Source: Acidobacteriota bacterium
GTDB lineage: Bacteria; Acidobacteriota; UBA6911; RPQK01; JADFOI01
DNA: 64,000 nucleotides
Assembly: GCA_963663035.1 (NCBI GenBank)
Contig: OY760074.1
Span: 2,208,001-2,272,000 of the forward strand
Direction of reading: 5' to 3'
The notes under the pieces were generated by a model, which did not search any database, was not told where the DNA came from, and saw only the letters and a program-made list of their open reading frames with translations. Below are positions 51,389 to 61,106 of this stretch, piece after piece; position 1 is the first letter of the stretch; every line of letters starts with the position of its first letter. The position numbers and the translations under genes are program-made.

Positions 51389-52756
51389 ATGCTTGGTAAT
51401 GATTTCAGGAGCTTTCTTCAAGAAATGAAGAAGAAGCTCCCCTCAAACTATCTCGAGATTGACAAGGAGATTTCTCCGCTCTACGAAACGACCGCCATAG
51501 TCACCAAATTGGAGAGGCAGAAACGCACCCCCATTCTGCACTTTAAAAACGTCAAGGACACCGAGTTCCCGGTCGTGGTCAATACCTGTGCTTCGCGCAC
51601 CACGGTGGCAGCTGCTCTAGATGTGGACAAGCGTGAACTGCCCCAGAAGTATCGGGATGCTTTGAACAACCTCATCGAACCGGAGCTCATCGAGAAGGGG
51701 CCGGTACAGGAAGTTGTTCAGGTGGGTGATCAGGTAGACATTTTAAAGCTCCCTCAGATGCGCTATCACGATACGGACGGCGCCTCCTACATCAGTGGCG
51801 GCATTGTCATGGCCAAGGATCCGGACACCGGTGCCTACAACAGCAGCTATGACCGATTGATGATCAAGGGTTCCAAGAAGCTGGGAATCTATATGACGCC
51901 CGGGAAGCACCTCAGTCAGATCTACGAGAAGGCTGAGCAGCGAAATGAGCCTATGGAGTTGGCCATCGCTTTGGGAAACCACCCTGCCTGGTGTATGGGG
52001 GCTCTCTTCATTGGTTCCTATGCCACAGATGAGCGGCATGTGATGGGGGGCTTAATGGGTTCTCCTCTGGAAGTGGTTCAGGCACAGACCGTGGACTTGC
52101 AGGTGCCGGCCCGATCCGAAATTGTGATTGAGGGCGAGATACCTCCCTTTGAACGCGAAGAGGAAGGTCCCTACGGCGAGTTTACGGGGTACTCAGCCGG
52201 CCAGGTGCGCCGGCCGTTTATCAATGTCAAAGCCATCACTCATCGTAAGGGCGCCATCTTTCAGGATATTTGCGGTGGACCCCACAGAGAACTGCTGCTG
52301 ATGAGTACGATTCCCATGGAACCCAGCATCCTCGATTTCCTGCAAAAAAATATTCCAGCTGTTCAAAGCGTCCGCTGCCCAGCTCCCTTTACCTTATTCG
52401 TTTCCATCAAGAAGTCACGGGACGGGCAGGCCAAGCAGGTTCTTCTGACGGCGTTCGCCGCCGACATGCAAGTGAAACATTGTGTCGTCGTAGATGATGA
52501 TATAGACCTGACCAACAGCCAGGCAGTCATCCAGGCCATCGCAACCCGAGCTCAGGGGGACAGAGATCTGTTCATCGTCAAGGGTGTCTCCCACGATGAG
52601 CTGGACCCCTCCAGGCCGGAGGGAAAACCCATTAGCGACAAGGTGGGGATCGATGCCACCGCAAAACCGTCACTGGAGATTTTTGCGGACAAGCCAAAGG
52701 TCCCGGCAGAGGTCATGGAGCGGATCAATTTAGAGGACTACGTGGGCAAGGACTGA
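51389..52756 (+). CDS. UbiD-family prFMN-dependent (de)carboxylase
   Basis: SYDR, VPARSEIVIEG, EGPYGEFTGY, VVDDDID, KVGIDAT. Confidence 0.93.
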   Translation: MLGNDFRSFLQEMKKKLPSNYLEIDKEISPLYETTAIVTKLERQKRTPILHFKNVKDTEFPVVVNTCASRTTVAAALDVDKRELPQKYRDALNNLIEPELIEKGPVQEVVQVGDQVDILKLPQMRYHDTDGASYISGGIVMAKDPDTGAYNSSYDRLMIKGSKKLGIYMTPGKHLSQIYEKAEQRNEPMELAIALGNHPAWCMGALFIGSYATDERHVMGGLMGSPLEVVQAQTVDLQVPARSEIVIEGEIPPFEREEEGPYGEFTGYSAGQVRRPFINVKAITHRKGAIFQDICGGPHRELLLMSTIPMEPSILDFLQKNIPAVQSVRCPAPFTLFVSIKKSRDGQAKQVLLTAFAADMQVKHCVVVDDDIDLTNSQAVIQAIATRAQGDRDLFIVKGVSHDELDPSRPEGKPISDKVGIDATAKPSLEIFADKPKVPAEVMERINLEDYVGKD

Positions 52757-52760
52757 ATCT

Positions 52761-53714
52761 ATGGTGAGATCTTACAAAGAATTAAGGGAAGTCATCGAGA
52801 ACAAGGACCGGGGATTGCGGGAGAAGGTGATGTCTCTGACAGAGGCGATCAGTCTGATCCAGGATGGTGACCATGTGGCTGCCGGAGGATGTCACTACTC
52901 CAGGACGCCTATGGCGGCTATCTGGGAGATCATTCGGCAGAAGAAAAAGGAGCTGGTTTACTCCAGGAGTATCTCCTCAACCGATGGAGACCTGCTCCTG
53001 GTGTCGGGAGCCACTCAACACGTCATCACCAGCTGGTTCAGTCCGGGAGTCACCTGGGGTGTGTCACGGGCCATGCGCCACTATATCCAGGAAAAGCTGG
53101 CCGTCTACGAGGAGTGGAGCCACATGACTCTTGGTCTCCGCTACCGTGCCGGCGCTATGGGGATTCCCTTTATTCCTGCCAGATCCATGTTGGGCTCTGA
53201 CCTTCTCCCCCGCTTGACGGAGATCAAAGAGATGCAGTGCCCTTATACAGGAGAGAAACTCGCTTTAATCCCAGCCCTCAATCCCAATGTGGCCATCCTG
53301 CACACCCAGCGCTGCGACTCCTATGGAAATGTCCAGAGCGAGGGACTCCCCTTTATGGACGATGATATTGCCCGTGCCGCCGACAAGGTGATTGTCACGA
53401 CCGAGAGAATCATCAGCAACGATCAGGTCAGAAGAGCGCCCGACCGGACCTCCATCCCCTTCTTCATGGTCGACGCGGTGGTAGAGGTTCCCTATGGGTG
53501 TCTTCCTCACGAATGTTATGGGTACTATGAGCCCGATTTCAGTCACATGGACTACTACGTGAAGCTGATGATGGGAAAAGGACCTGAAGGTGTTCAGGAA
53601 TACCTTGAGCAGTACGTGTACGCTCCAGAGTCCTGGTCCCATTTTCTGGGGATGTTAGACTTCAAGGATATCCTTCAGGCGACGAAGGATGGAAGAAGTG
53701 TTTACAATGACTAA
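52761..53714 (+). CDS. Class I CoA-transferase alpha subunit 2
   Basis: Paralogue of 49629 (TSWFSPGVTWGVS, PHECYG). Confidence 0.88.
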   Translation: MVRSYKELREVIENKDRGLREKVMSLTEAISLIQDGDHVAAGGCHYSRTPMAAIWEIIRQKKKELVYSRSISSTDGDLLLVSGATQHVITSWFSPGVTWGVSRAMRHYIQEKLAVYEEWSHMTLGLRYRAGAMGIPFIPARSMLGSDLLPRLTEIKEMQCPYTGEKLALIPALNPNVAILHTQRCDSYGNVQSEGLPFMDDDIARAADKVIVTTERIISNDQVRRAPDRTSIPFFMVDAVVEVPYGCLPHECYGYYEPDFSHMDYYVKLMMGKGPEGVQEYLEQYVYAPESWSHFLGMLDFKDILQATKDGRSVYND

Positions 53715-54486
53715 CCCTTACAACACTGCCGAGCTGGTCGCGATCATGAGCGCCAGAATCCTGGAAGACGGAAAGATCGTCTTCGGTGGAGCTGGCATGC
53801 CGCTCATTTCGTGTGTCCTGGCCCAAAAGATGCACGCCCCTCGACTGACAATCCTTTTTGAAGGGGGTGTGATCGGTCCTCACATTGAACCCAACAAATT
53901 GCCTCCTTCCACAAACGAGCAGAGAGCAGCGCGAAGAGGCAACATGCATCTCACCATCACCGATGTCCTCCTTCTTCAACAGCGTGGCTACGTGGACTAC
54001 GGTTTTCTTGGTGGCGCTCAGATTGACCAATTCGGAAACTTGAACAGCTCCTTCATCGGTGATGCGGACAACCCCCGGGTGCGCCTGCCGGGAACAGGTG
54101 GGGCCAACGATATCGCCAGCCTGGCATCGAAGATCTTGATCGCCATGCACCACGAGAAAAGGCGCTTCGTGGAAAAGGTCGATTTCATCACCACCCCGGG
54201 ATACCTTCAGGGAGGAGACAGTCGCGAGAAGGCCGGTTTGACCGCGGGAGGGATCTACAAGGTGATCACTCATCTAGGCCTGTTCGGCTTTGACCCAACC
54301 ACCCGCAGGATGTGCCTGGAAGCCCTCCACCCCGGGGCCAGCGTTGAAGAAGTGGCAGAGAGAACCGACTTTGAGATGCTCATGCCCGATGAGATTCAGT
54401 ACACCCAGCCGCCCACGGAGGAAGAGCTTCGAATACTCAGGGAGTTGGACCCCGATCAACGTTATACGCGAGCCAAAGAAGAGTAG
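53707..54486 (+). CDS. Class I CoA-transferase beta subunit 2
   Basis: LFEGG, FLGGAQIDQFGNLN, RLPGTGGANDI. Confidence 0.88.
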   Translation: MTNPYNTAELVAIMSARILEDGKIVFGGAGMPLISCVLAQKMHAPRLTILFEGGVIGPHIEPNKLPPSTNEQRAARRGNMHLTITDVLLLQQRGYVDYGFLGGAQIDQFGNLNSSFIGDADNPRVRLPGTGGANDIASLASKILIAMHHEKRRFVEKVDFITTPGYLQGGDSREKAGLTAGGIYKVITHLGLFGFDPTTRRMCLEALHPGASVEEVAERTDFEMLMPDEIQYTQPPTEEELRILRELDPDQRYTRAKEE

Positions 54487-54493
54487 AAAGACG

Positions 54494-54694
54494 TTACTGC
54501 TGTCTGACTCGAAAGGGGAACGACAGGAAGCCAGCTGCGGCGACGTAAGGAACGAGTTCTCCCCATATCCGAGGCTCATCGATGAGCCCCACCACGAACA
54601 TCGCGCAAGCAAACACGGGTACAACAATCAATTGCCTTCTCAGGACGACCGGCACGTTCTTCCAGAATACCAGTAGCGGAACCCACAGGTAACC
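54494..54694 (-). pseudogene. 3' remnant of a membrane protein gene cut by IS3
   Basis: Hydrophobic open frame (GYLWVPLLVFW...IDEPRIWGELVP) begins exactly at the IS3 end. Confidence 0.55.
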
Positions 54695-54788
54695 TGACCT
54701 GCCCCCACGAACGAGTCCACCCTCTATGCTAGACCCGGGACCATTTGAAGTCCACTCCAAGGGATTGGATCCAGTGCCTGCGACCTAG

Positions 54789-56427
54789 CCCGGATTATTC
54801 ATAAATTCTGAAGAAGGGGTCTGATCGAGGGCACAAAAAGATGCCGTACCTCTTTGATATAAAAGGGGTTATGAAACAACTCCAAACCAAAAAGGTACGG
54901 CCCAGCGATGCATCAGTCTGCCAGATCAACTTGCCATCTCACCCTGACAGAAAAGTGGTGGCTCGATTCGATGGAGGCCGGCTCTCCTCCGATGCCGGGC
55001 TGCTGTGTCTGTACGCCCTGGATCAACAGCACGGACTGACGGCTGGCTTTGCCTCCTGCCTGAAGGACGCTCGAGATAGCCGCTACGTCCGCCACCAGAT
55101 TCGCGAACTGCTCACCCAGCGCAGCTTTCAGATCGTGGCCGGCTATGAGGACTGCAACGATGCCGACAGCTTGCGCTCGGATCCCATCTTCAAGACCGTG
55201 TGTGATCGGCTGCCGGAAAGCGATCCGGATCTGGCTTCTCAACCCACGCTGTCGCGACTGGAGAACTCGGTGGACTCGAAGGATCTCACTCGCCTGGGAC
55301 AGTGGCTGCTGGAGACCTACTTGAAGCACCGCAAGAAGAGCCGGCCCGAGAAGATCATCCTGGACATCGACAGCACGGATGACGTCACGCATGGGCAGCA
55401 GGAGTTCAGCTTTTACCACGGCTATTATCGCGAGCACATGTATCATCCGCTGCTGCTATTCGATGGCGAGACGGGCGATCTGGTATGTGCGCTACTGCGG
55501 CCCGGCAACCAGGGGGCGGCCGCCCACGCGGTGGCGGTTCTCAAACGGGTGGTGGCCCGGATGCGCCAGGTTCTGGGATCCGATGTTCCGATCGAAGTGC
55601 GAGCCGACAGTGGCTTTGCGACGCCGGCACTGTACGAGTTCTGTGAGGAGGAAAAACTGCAGTATGTGGTGGGCTTTGCCCGCAACTCCCGGCTGGCGGC
55701 CACCGTCGAGCCCTTGGTTGAGCAGGTGCAAGCAGACTATGACGACTCAGGAGAAAAGCAACGCCAGTTCACCGAGCTCGTCTATCAGGCCGACAGTTGG
55801 GACCGGGAGCGGCGCATGGTGGCCAAGGTGGAAGTGAGCGAGCGCGGGTTCAACCGTCGCTTTGTGGTCACCAACCGCCAGGATCTCACGGCCGGGCAGC
55901 TGTATGACCACTACATCGGACGGGGCCAGTGCGAGAACTTCGTGAAAGCTTTCAAAAAAGATCTGGCCATGGATCGCTTGAGCTGCCACCGTTTCCTGGC
56001 CAACCAGTTCCGACTCTTCATCCACGCCCTGGCCTATGTCTTAATCCTGCGCCTGCGGGATTACCTGTGCGGGACTCCCTGGCACAACCTGGAGATTGAG
56101 ACGCTCCGCCGCCGCCTGTTCAAAATCGGTGCCCGGGTTCGGGAAACTTCTCGTCGCATCTGGGTGCACCTGGCATCGTCTTATCCCGAACAAAAGCTCT
56201 TCGCATTACTGATGCACCGTCTGTGTCCCACCTGACGGTCCCCTGACTCCCTGCGCCAACACAGATATACAGCCCCCTGCGGGCCGAGCTGTTTCCGGAA
56301 GGGGCTCTCGCTTCATCTCTATTCGGCTCAACAAGCTTGGACGCCTTGTAATCGCACCTGAACACACTCTCAGCCCTGAACTTCCGCAGAAAATCGACAC
56401 TCACCCCAAACTTATGAATAATTGCGG
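54789..56427 (+). mobile_element. IS1380-family insertion sequence with CTAG target duplication
   Basis: CTAG|CCCGGATTATTCATAA ... TTATGAATAATTGCGG|CTAG. Confidence 0.93.
54841..56235 (+). CDS. IS1380-family DDE transposase
   Basis: FDGGRLSSDAG, GYEDCND, LASQPTLSRLEN, LDIDSTDD, RADSGF, RGQCENFVK. Confidence 0.93.
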   Translation: MPYLFDIKGVMKQLQTKKVRPSDASVCQINLPSHPDRKVVARFDGGRLSSDAGLLCLYALDQQHGLTAGFASCLKDARDSRYVRHQIRELLTQRSFQIVAGYEDCNDADSLRSDPIFKTVCDRLPESDPDLASQPTLSRLENSVDSKDLTRLGQWLLETYLKHRKKSRPEKIILDIDSTDDVTHGQQEFSFYHGYYREHMYHPLLLFDGETGDLVCALLRPGNQGAAAHAVAVLKRVVARMRQVLGSDVPIEVRADSGFATPALYEFCEEEKLQYVVGFARNSRLAATVEPLVEQVQADYDDSGEKQRQFTELVYQADSWDRERRMVAKVEVSERGFNRRFVVTNRQDLTAGQLYDHYIGRGQCENFVKAFKKDLAMDRLSCHRFLANQFRLFIHALAYVLILRLRDYLCGTPWHNLEIETLRRRLFKIGARVRETSRRIWVHLASSYPEQKLFALLMHRLCPT

Positions 56428-57272
56428 CTAGGTAGTTTGGCCTCTGGCGCCGGCGGCCGATAGGCCAAGGCGCTGTGAGGCCGGATCTGATTGTAATCCC
56501 TCCGCCAGCGTTCTACCAACACCTTGGCTTCCCCCAGCGTGTCGAAGATCTCCATGTTCAGCAGCTCATCCCGTAGTTTCCCGTTGAAACTCTCAATGTA
56601 CCCATTCTCCCAGGGGCTGCCCGGCTCGATGTACAAGGTCCTTACCCCAACAGCCTGCAGCCAGTCCCGGACCGCCTGTGCCGTAAACTCCGATCCGTTA
56701 TCGGACCGGATAAACTCAGGCACTCCCCGATCAACGAATAACTCCGCCAGCCGGTCCAACACGTCTTGGCGATTCATCTGCCGTTTCACATCAATGGCGA
56801 GGCACTCTCTGGTGTACTCATCCAGGATCGTCAATAGCCGAAAGGCTCGCCCATCATGGGTCCGTTCATGCACGAAATCATAGCTCCAGACGTGGTTCTT
56901 GCGAGCCGCTCGTAACCGAACACAGGAACCGTCATTAAGCCACAGCCTCCTTCGTTTCGGCTGTCTGGACGGGACTTTCAGCCCTTCTTGTCTCCACAGC
57001 CTCTCCACCCGCTTAGGATTCACCTTCCACCCTTCCCCATGAAGTATCGCCGTGACCCGCCGGTAGCCATAACGCCCGTATTGCGTAGCCAACTCCACCA
57101 TCCGGGCCACCAATCGGGCCTCATCATCGGGAATTTGCCTTTCCCTTCGCTGGGTCGATCGAACCTGTCCCAGCACTTGGCAGGCCCGACGTTCGGAGAC
57201 TCGCTCTGCTCCTAATCGCTCTCGTACCCACATCACCGCTCGTCTCCTGTTCGCCGGGTCTAGAAGTTTCCC
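56412..57272 (-). CDS. IS3 OrfB (rve integrase-like DDE), C-terminus replaced by the IS1380 insertion
   Basis: [41 protein letters not shown]. Confidence 0.92.
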   Translation of the reverse strand, partial: GKLLDPANRRRAVMWVRERLGAERVSERRACQVLGQVRSTQRRERQIPDDEARLVARMVELATQYGRYGYRRVTAILHGEGWKVNPKRVERLWRQEGLKVPSRQPKRRRLWLNDGSCVRLRAARKNHVWSYDFVHERTHDGRAFRLLTILDEYTRECLAIDVKRQMNRQDVLDRLAELFVDRGVPEFIRSDNGSEFTAQAVRDWLQAVGVRTLYIEPGSPWENGYIESFNGKLRDELLNMEIFDTLGEAKVLVERWRRDYNQIRPHSALAYRPPAPEAKLPSRNYS

Positions 57273-57538
57273 GAGGACACTTCCTTCAGGATCTGCTTGT
57301 CCAAAGACAGATCCGCCACCAGCTTCTTCAACCGGGTATTCTCCTTCTCCAACACCTTCAACCTCTTGGCCTGGTCCAACCGGAGCCCTCCGTACTCTTT
57401 GCGCCACCGGTAGTAGGTCTGCTCGCTCACCCCCATCTGCTTCGACACCTGTCCCACCCTCTGTCCTTGGGCCAGACCCACCTCTGCCTCACGCAGCTTC
57501 ATGATGATCTGTTCTGCCCTAAACCGCTTCCCTGCCAT
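57260..57538 (-). CDS. IS3 OrfA (HTH)
   Basis: [44 protein letters not shown]. Confidence 0.92.
   Translation of the reverse strand: MAGKRFRAEQIIMKLREAEVGLAQGQRVGQVSKQMGVSEQTYYRWRKEYGGLRLDQAKRLKVLEKENTRLKKLVADLSLDKQILKEVSSGNF
57266..57272 (-). other. -1 ribosomal frameshift heptamer G-GGA-AAC
   Basis: X-XXY-YYZ motif at the end of orfA in the orfA/orfB overlap. Confidence 0.75.
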
Positions 57539-57604
57539 CCTTGCCTCCTTCCTAAACCGGAAATCCTAACATTCAAACTGGACTCGTTTTAGGGGGCAAG
57601 GTCA

Positions 57605-58309
57605 GAGGACACTGCGCCCCAGAGAACGTCCACTAGCCAAGCCGTCCACCCAGGCCACTGAGTAGGTATAGTCCTGGTCCTCCTCTTCCAACAATCGCAT
57701 GGTTTCATCCAGGTTCGGAGTGCGCTGATACTGGACGCGAATGAAGGCTGTCTCAATGGGACGTAACTGTAAGCTGACGCTTAGAATCATTCCCGTGAGT
57801 CCCATACCGCCCACGGTTGCCCAAAAAAGATCGGAGTTTTCCTCTCTGGAGAGACGAACCTGCTGGCCATTGGCCTGCAATAGCTCCAAGTCGAGAAGAA
57901 AATTGGAAAGCGACCCGTCCTGGTGATGATTCTTTCCGTGAACATCACAGGCAACCGCGCCCCCGATGGTGACAAATTTGGTGCCGGGGGTCACGGGTAG
58001 GAACCATCCCCGGGGTACGAAGATTTTCAGGATCTCCTCTAGCGTCACGCCAGCTTCACAGCTCAACACGCCGGTGTCTGGCTCGAAGCTCAAAAAGCGA
58101 TTGATCCGCTCGGTGAGGACAACACCACAATCTCGGTTCAGAGCAGCATCGCCGTAGCTTCTCCCCAAACCACGTCCAATGTAGTTGGTTTCTTTTCGAC
58201 TCTGAAGAACAGCTGCGATGGCACTCACCGTCTCCGGTCGATAGATGTGGCCGCGGCTACTCCGAAAGCATCCCCAGCCGCTGAGTTCTTGGTCGACAAA
58301 CTTGTCCAT
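57605..58309 (-). pseudogene. DprE1-like FAD oxidoreductase, truncated by IS3
   Basis: SGWG, RGLGRSYGDAA, PVTPGTKFVTIGG, DVHGKNHH, YSVAWVD; frame ends at the IS end after about 235 aa. Confidence 0.88.
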
Positions 58310-58399
58310 GGGAGACGGCGGGCCTGATTCTATCAAACTCCCTACGACTGTTTGCGCACCTCTCAAACACAAATCCACCCATGTTTCGCTGCAACTATT

Positions 58400-59224
58400 T
58401 CATTCGATGGCGAGGATCCGGGACCCGTTGGCCCACAGAATCTTGTGCTTGGCTTCCTCACTGAGAGTGAGATTCCTGAATGTCTCCAGGTTGTTGCCGA
58501 TATCGGCGTCCGGCCAATCGCTGCCGAAAAGCACCTTGTCCGAGAGACGCTCCAGATCTGGCCAATAGTCCAGCAGACGCTGAGGAGGCAGACCCGAAAC
58601 ATCGAAGTACACGTTCTTGTGAAGGCGCACCAGCGCAGCTGCTCGATCGTACCAAAGCATTCGTCCACCATGGCACATGATGATGGTCAGGTCGGGAAAG
58701 TCCACCGCCACATCGTCCCAGAAAAGTGGATCGCCGTACTTGATCCGCGAACCTGCGAAGACCGAGCTGCCGGTGTGAGCCATCACCGGGATTCCCAGCT
58801 CCTGCGCCTTGGCATACAGGGGATAGAGCATGGGCTGGTTCGGGTAGAAGTACTGGTAAGTCGGGTACAGCTTCAGGCCCCGGAACCCTTGTTCCTGGAT
58901 CGCCACATCCAAGCCCTTTGCGGGATTGAGCACCATGTACGGATTGAAGGTGCAGAAGGGAATCAACCGGCCATTGCTGGCCGCCGTAAACTTCTGGACG
59001 TAGTCGTTCGGAATCACCGCGGAAGTAATGACCGCTGTTTCGGCCAATACCACGGCATGATCGACACCTGCTTCATCCAGGAGAGCCAGGAAATTCTCAG
59101 GATGAGAATAGGATTCTAGAAACTCGTCCAAGCCTCCTTCTCGGTGGGAACTCAAAAATGCTCTGTACTCGGGCGGCATGTTGGGGTCGGGACGAACCGC
59201 GTGGGTGTGAAAATCCAGAATCAT
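58400..59224 (-). CDS. Amidohydrolase family 2 protein
   Basis: DFHTH, GLKLYP, HTG, CHGG, FGSDWP. Confidence 0.9.
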   Translation of the reverse strand: MILDFHTHAVRPDPNMPPEYRAFLSSHREGGLDEFLESYSHPENFLALLDEAGVDHAVVLAETAVITSAVIPNDYVQKFTAASNGRLIPFCTFNPYMVLNPAKGLDVAIQEQGFRGLKLYPTYQYFYPNQPMLYPLYAKAQELGIPVMAHTGSSVFAGSRIKYGDPLFWDDVAVDFPDLTIIMCHGGRMLWYDRAAALVRLHKNVYFDVSGLPPQRLLDYWPDLERLSDKVLFGSDWPDADIGNNLETFRNLTLSEEAKHKILWANGSRILAIE

Positions 59225-59308
59225 AATCGAGGCGATTGTAATGGGGGGGAGAAAGAGCGTCAACTAACCGCTGACAAGACCTGGAGCCTGAATTCCGGGC
59301 TCGGTGCG

Positions 59309-59337
59309 TTGACACCCGAACCTTCCTACTCTACATT
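59309..59337 (+). promoter_or_regulatory. Sigma70-type promoter of the CoA ligase
   Basis: TTGACA-N17-TACATT, followed by an AAGGAGG RBS. Confidence 0.65.
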
Positions 59338-59380
59338 CTTTCTAGAATCTGTATGCTCGCTATTTTAAGGAGGATTGATA

Positions 59381-60943
59381 ATGAATGAGGTTGCGGAGCT
59401 CTCCATCCCTGAGAGGATCAATATGGCTTACCAGGCCTGTGATCAGTGGGCTGAGGGTCCTGATTGCGAGAATCTCGCGATGATCCTGGACGACCAAAAG
59501 ATCACCTGGAGCGAACTTCGGGACTCAGTCAACCGAATAGGAAATGCCCTGTTGGGACTGGATATTCAGAAGGGCGATCGAGTCATGCTGAGATCTCAAA
59601 ACTGCCTGGAACTGCACTACGCCATCCTCGCCTGCATGAAGATAGGAGCTGTACCGGTTCCAACCAGCAGTTTGTTTGGTGCCAAGGAGGTCCAACATAT
59701 TCTCAATGACACCCAGGCGGTAGCCGCCATTGTACACTCTGAAAGTCTCGCAGTCTTTGATCAGGTTGAAAGCGAGCTTCTCAAGCACTTGATAGTCATC
59801 GGTGAGAGCAGCGATCAAGGCACTTCTCTGGCAGAGATGATCAAGGATGCTTCCACAGAGCTCAAATGTGAGGACACCAAGAGCAGCGACGAAGCCTTTA
59901 TGCTTTACACCTCAGGTACAACCTCTGTCCCAAAAGGCATTGTCCACGCCCATCGCTGGTTAATCGCCACCGGCGAACCGATTGCGAAAGTTGAAATGGA
60001 GCTGAAACCTGGAGATGTGACGCTGTCAGTCGCTGAGGTCAACTGGATGTATCCGTTTGGTTGCAATTTCTTCTACCCTCTCTACTGCGGTGCAACCGCG
60101 GGCCTTTATCAGGGAAGATTCGACCCGGAGAGGACTTTCGGCTACATAGAAAAATATGGGGCCACACATTTCATTGGCAATCCCACAGTTTTCAAACGAA
60201 TGCTGCTGGTAGAGGAAGCGGAAAAGCGGTGGGACTGCTCCTCCCTGAAGATGGGCTTGAGTTCTGGAGAAACACTGCCTCCTTACGTATTCAAGACCTG
60301 GAAGTCTCACTTTGACTGCGAGATCTATGATTCGATGGGTCAAACAGAGATCCACATCTTTTGTTGCACGAGACCCGGGGTAGTCAAGCTCAGCACCATG
60401 GGGAAGCCTTTTGCCGGAGTCCCGCCTGTGGCTGTACTGGATAAGGATGGAAGCGAAGTTCCAAGCGGTGAAGTGGGGTATCTTGCCATCAGAGGAGACC
60501 ACCCCGGCCTGGCTCTGAGATATGAAAATCAAGAAGAAATCTGGAAATCCAGATTCCAGAAAGGTTGGTACCTCACCGGTGATATGTCGTACATCGATGA
60601 GGAGGGTTTCTTCTGGTTTGTCTCGAGGTCTGATGATCTGATCAAGAGTAGGGGCTACCTGATTAGTCCAAAAGAAGTCGAGGACACCCTGCAGGAACAC
60701 AATGCTGTGCTGGAAGCAGCGGTAGTGGGAAAGAAAGATCAGATTTTAGGCCAGCTCGTGAAGGCCTTCATTGTCCTTCGACCCGACCACAGTCCCTCGG
60801 AAGAACTGGGAGAAGAGCTCCGCCAGATGACTCGCAAATTGATCGCCCCCTATAAGGTTCCGAAGGAAATCGAGTTCATCGATTCATTTCCCAAAACTGT
60901 CACGGGAAAGATTATCAGGAGAGACCTGAGAGACAAGGAGTAA
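59381..60943 (+). CDS. Acyl-CoA synthetase (benzoate-CoA ligase / medium-chain type)
   Basis: YTSGTTSVPKG, GQTE, YLTGD, RSDDLIKSRGY, PKTVTGKI. Confidence 0.9.
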   Translation: MNEVAELSIPERINMAYQACDQWAEGPDCENLAMILDDQKITWSELRDSVNRIGNALLGLDIQKGDRVMLRSQNCLELHYAILACMKIGAVPVPTSSLFGAKEVQHILNDTQAVAAIVHSESLAVFDQVESELLKHLIVIGESSDQGTSLAEMIKDASTELKCEDTKSSDEAFMLYTSGTTSVPKGIVHAHRWLIATGEPIAKVEMELKPGDVTLSVAEVNWMYPFGCNFFYPLYCGATAGLYQGRFDPERTFGYIEKYGATHFIGNPTVFKRMLLVEEAEKRWDCSSLKMGLSSGETLPPYVFKTWKSHFDCEIYDSMGQTEIHIFCCTRPGVVKLSTMGKPFAGVPPVAVLDKDGSEVPSGEVGYLAIRGDHPGLALRYENQEEIWKSRFQKGWYLTGDMSYIDEEGFFWFVSRSDDLIKSRGYLISPKEVEDTLQEHNAVLEAAVVGKKDQILGQLVKAFIVLRPDHSPSEELGEELRQMTRKLIAPYKVPKEIEFIDSFPKTVTGKIIRRDLRDKE

Positions 60944-60949
60944 TGAAAG

Positions 60950-61094
60950 CCCGAACGATGCATAGGTTTTCGTAACGAGGCGCCGAAAGCGCCGTCCTGA
61001 CCAGGCGCGCGAGGGGTACCCGCTTGCGGGTCGCGCAACGCAGTCAGGGCGGATGATTAGGGAGCCACAGTAGAAAATCTATGCATCGTCCGGG
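60950..61094 (+). mobile_element. MITE family 1, copy E (short)
   Basis: CCCGAACGATGCATAGGTTTTC / GAAAATCTATGCATCGTCCGGG. Confidence 0.85.
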
Positions 61095-61106
61095 CTAAGC
61101 CGCATC

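Larger units (their letters stand above)
54695..57604 (-). mobile_element. IS3-family element interrupted by IS1380
   Basis: TIRs TGACCTGCCCCCACGAACGAGTCCA (54695) and TGGACTCGTTTTAGGGGGCAAGGTCA (ends 57604); orfA plus orfB; no flanking direct repeat. Confidence 0.92.
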
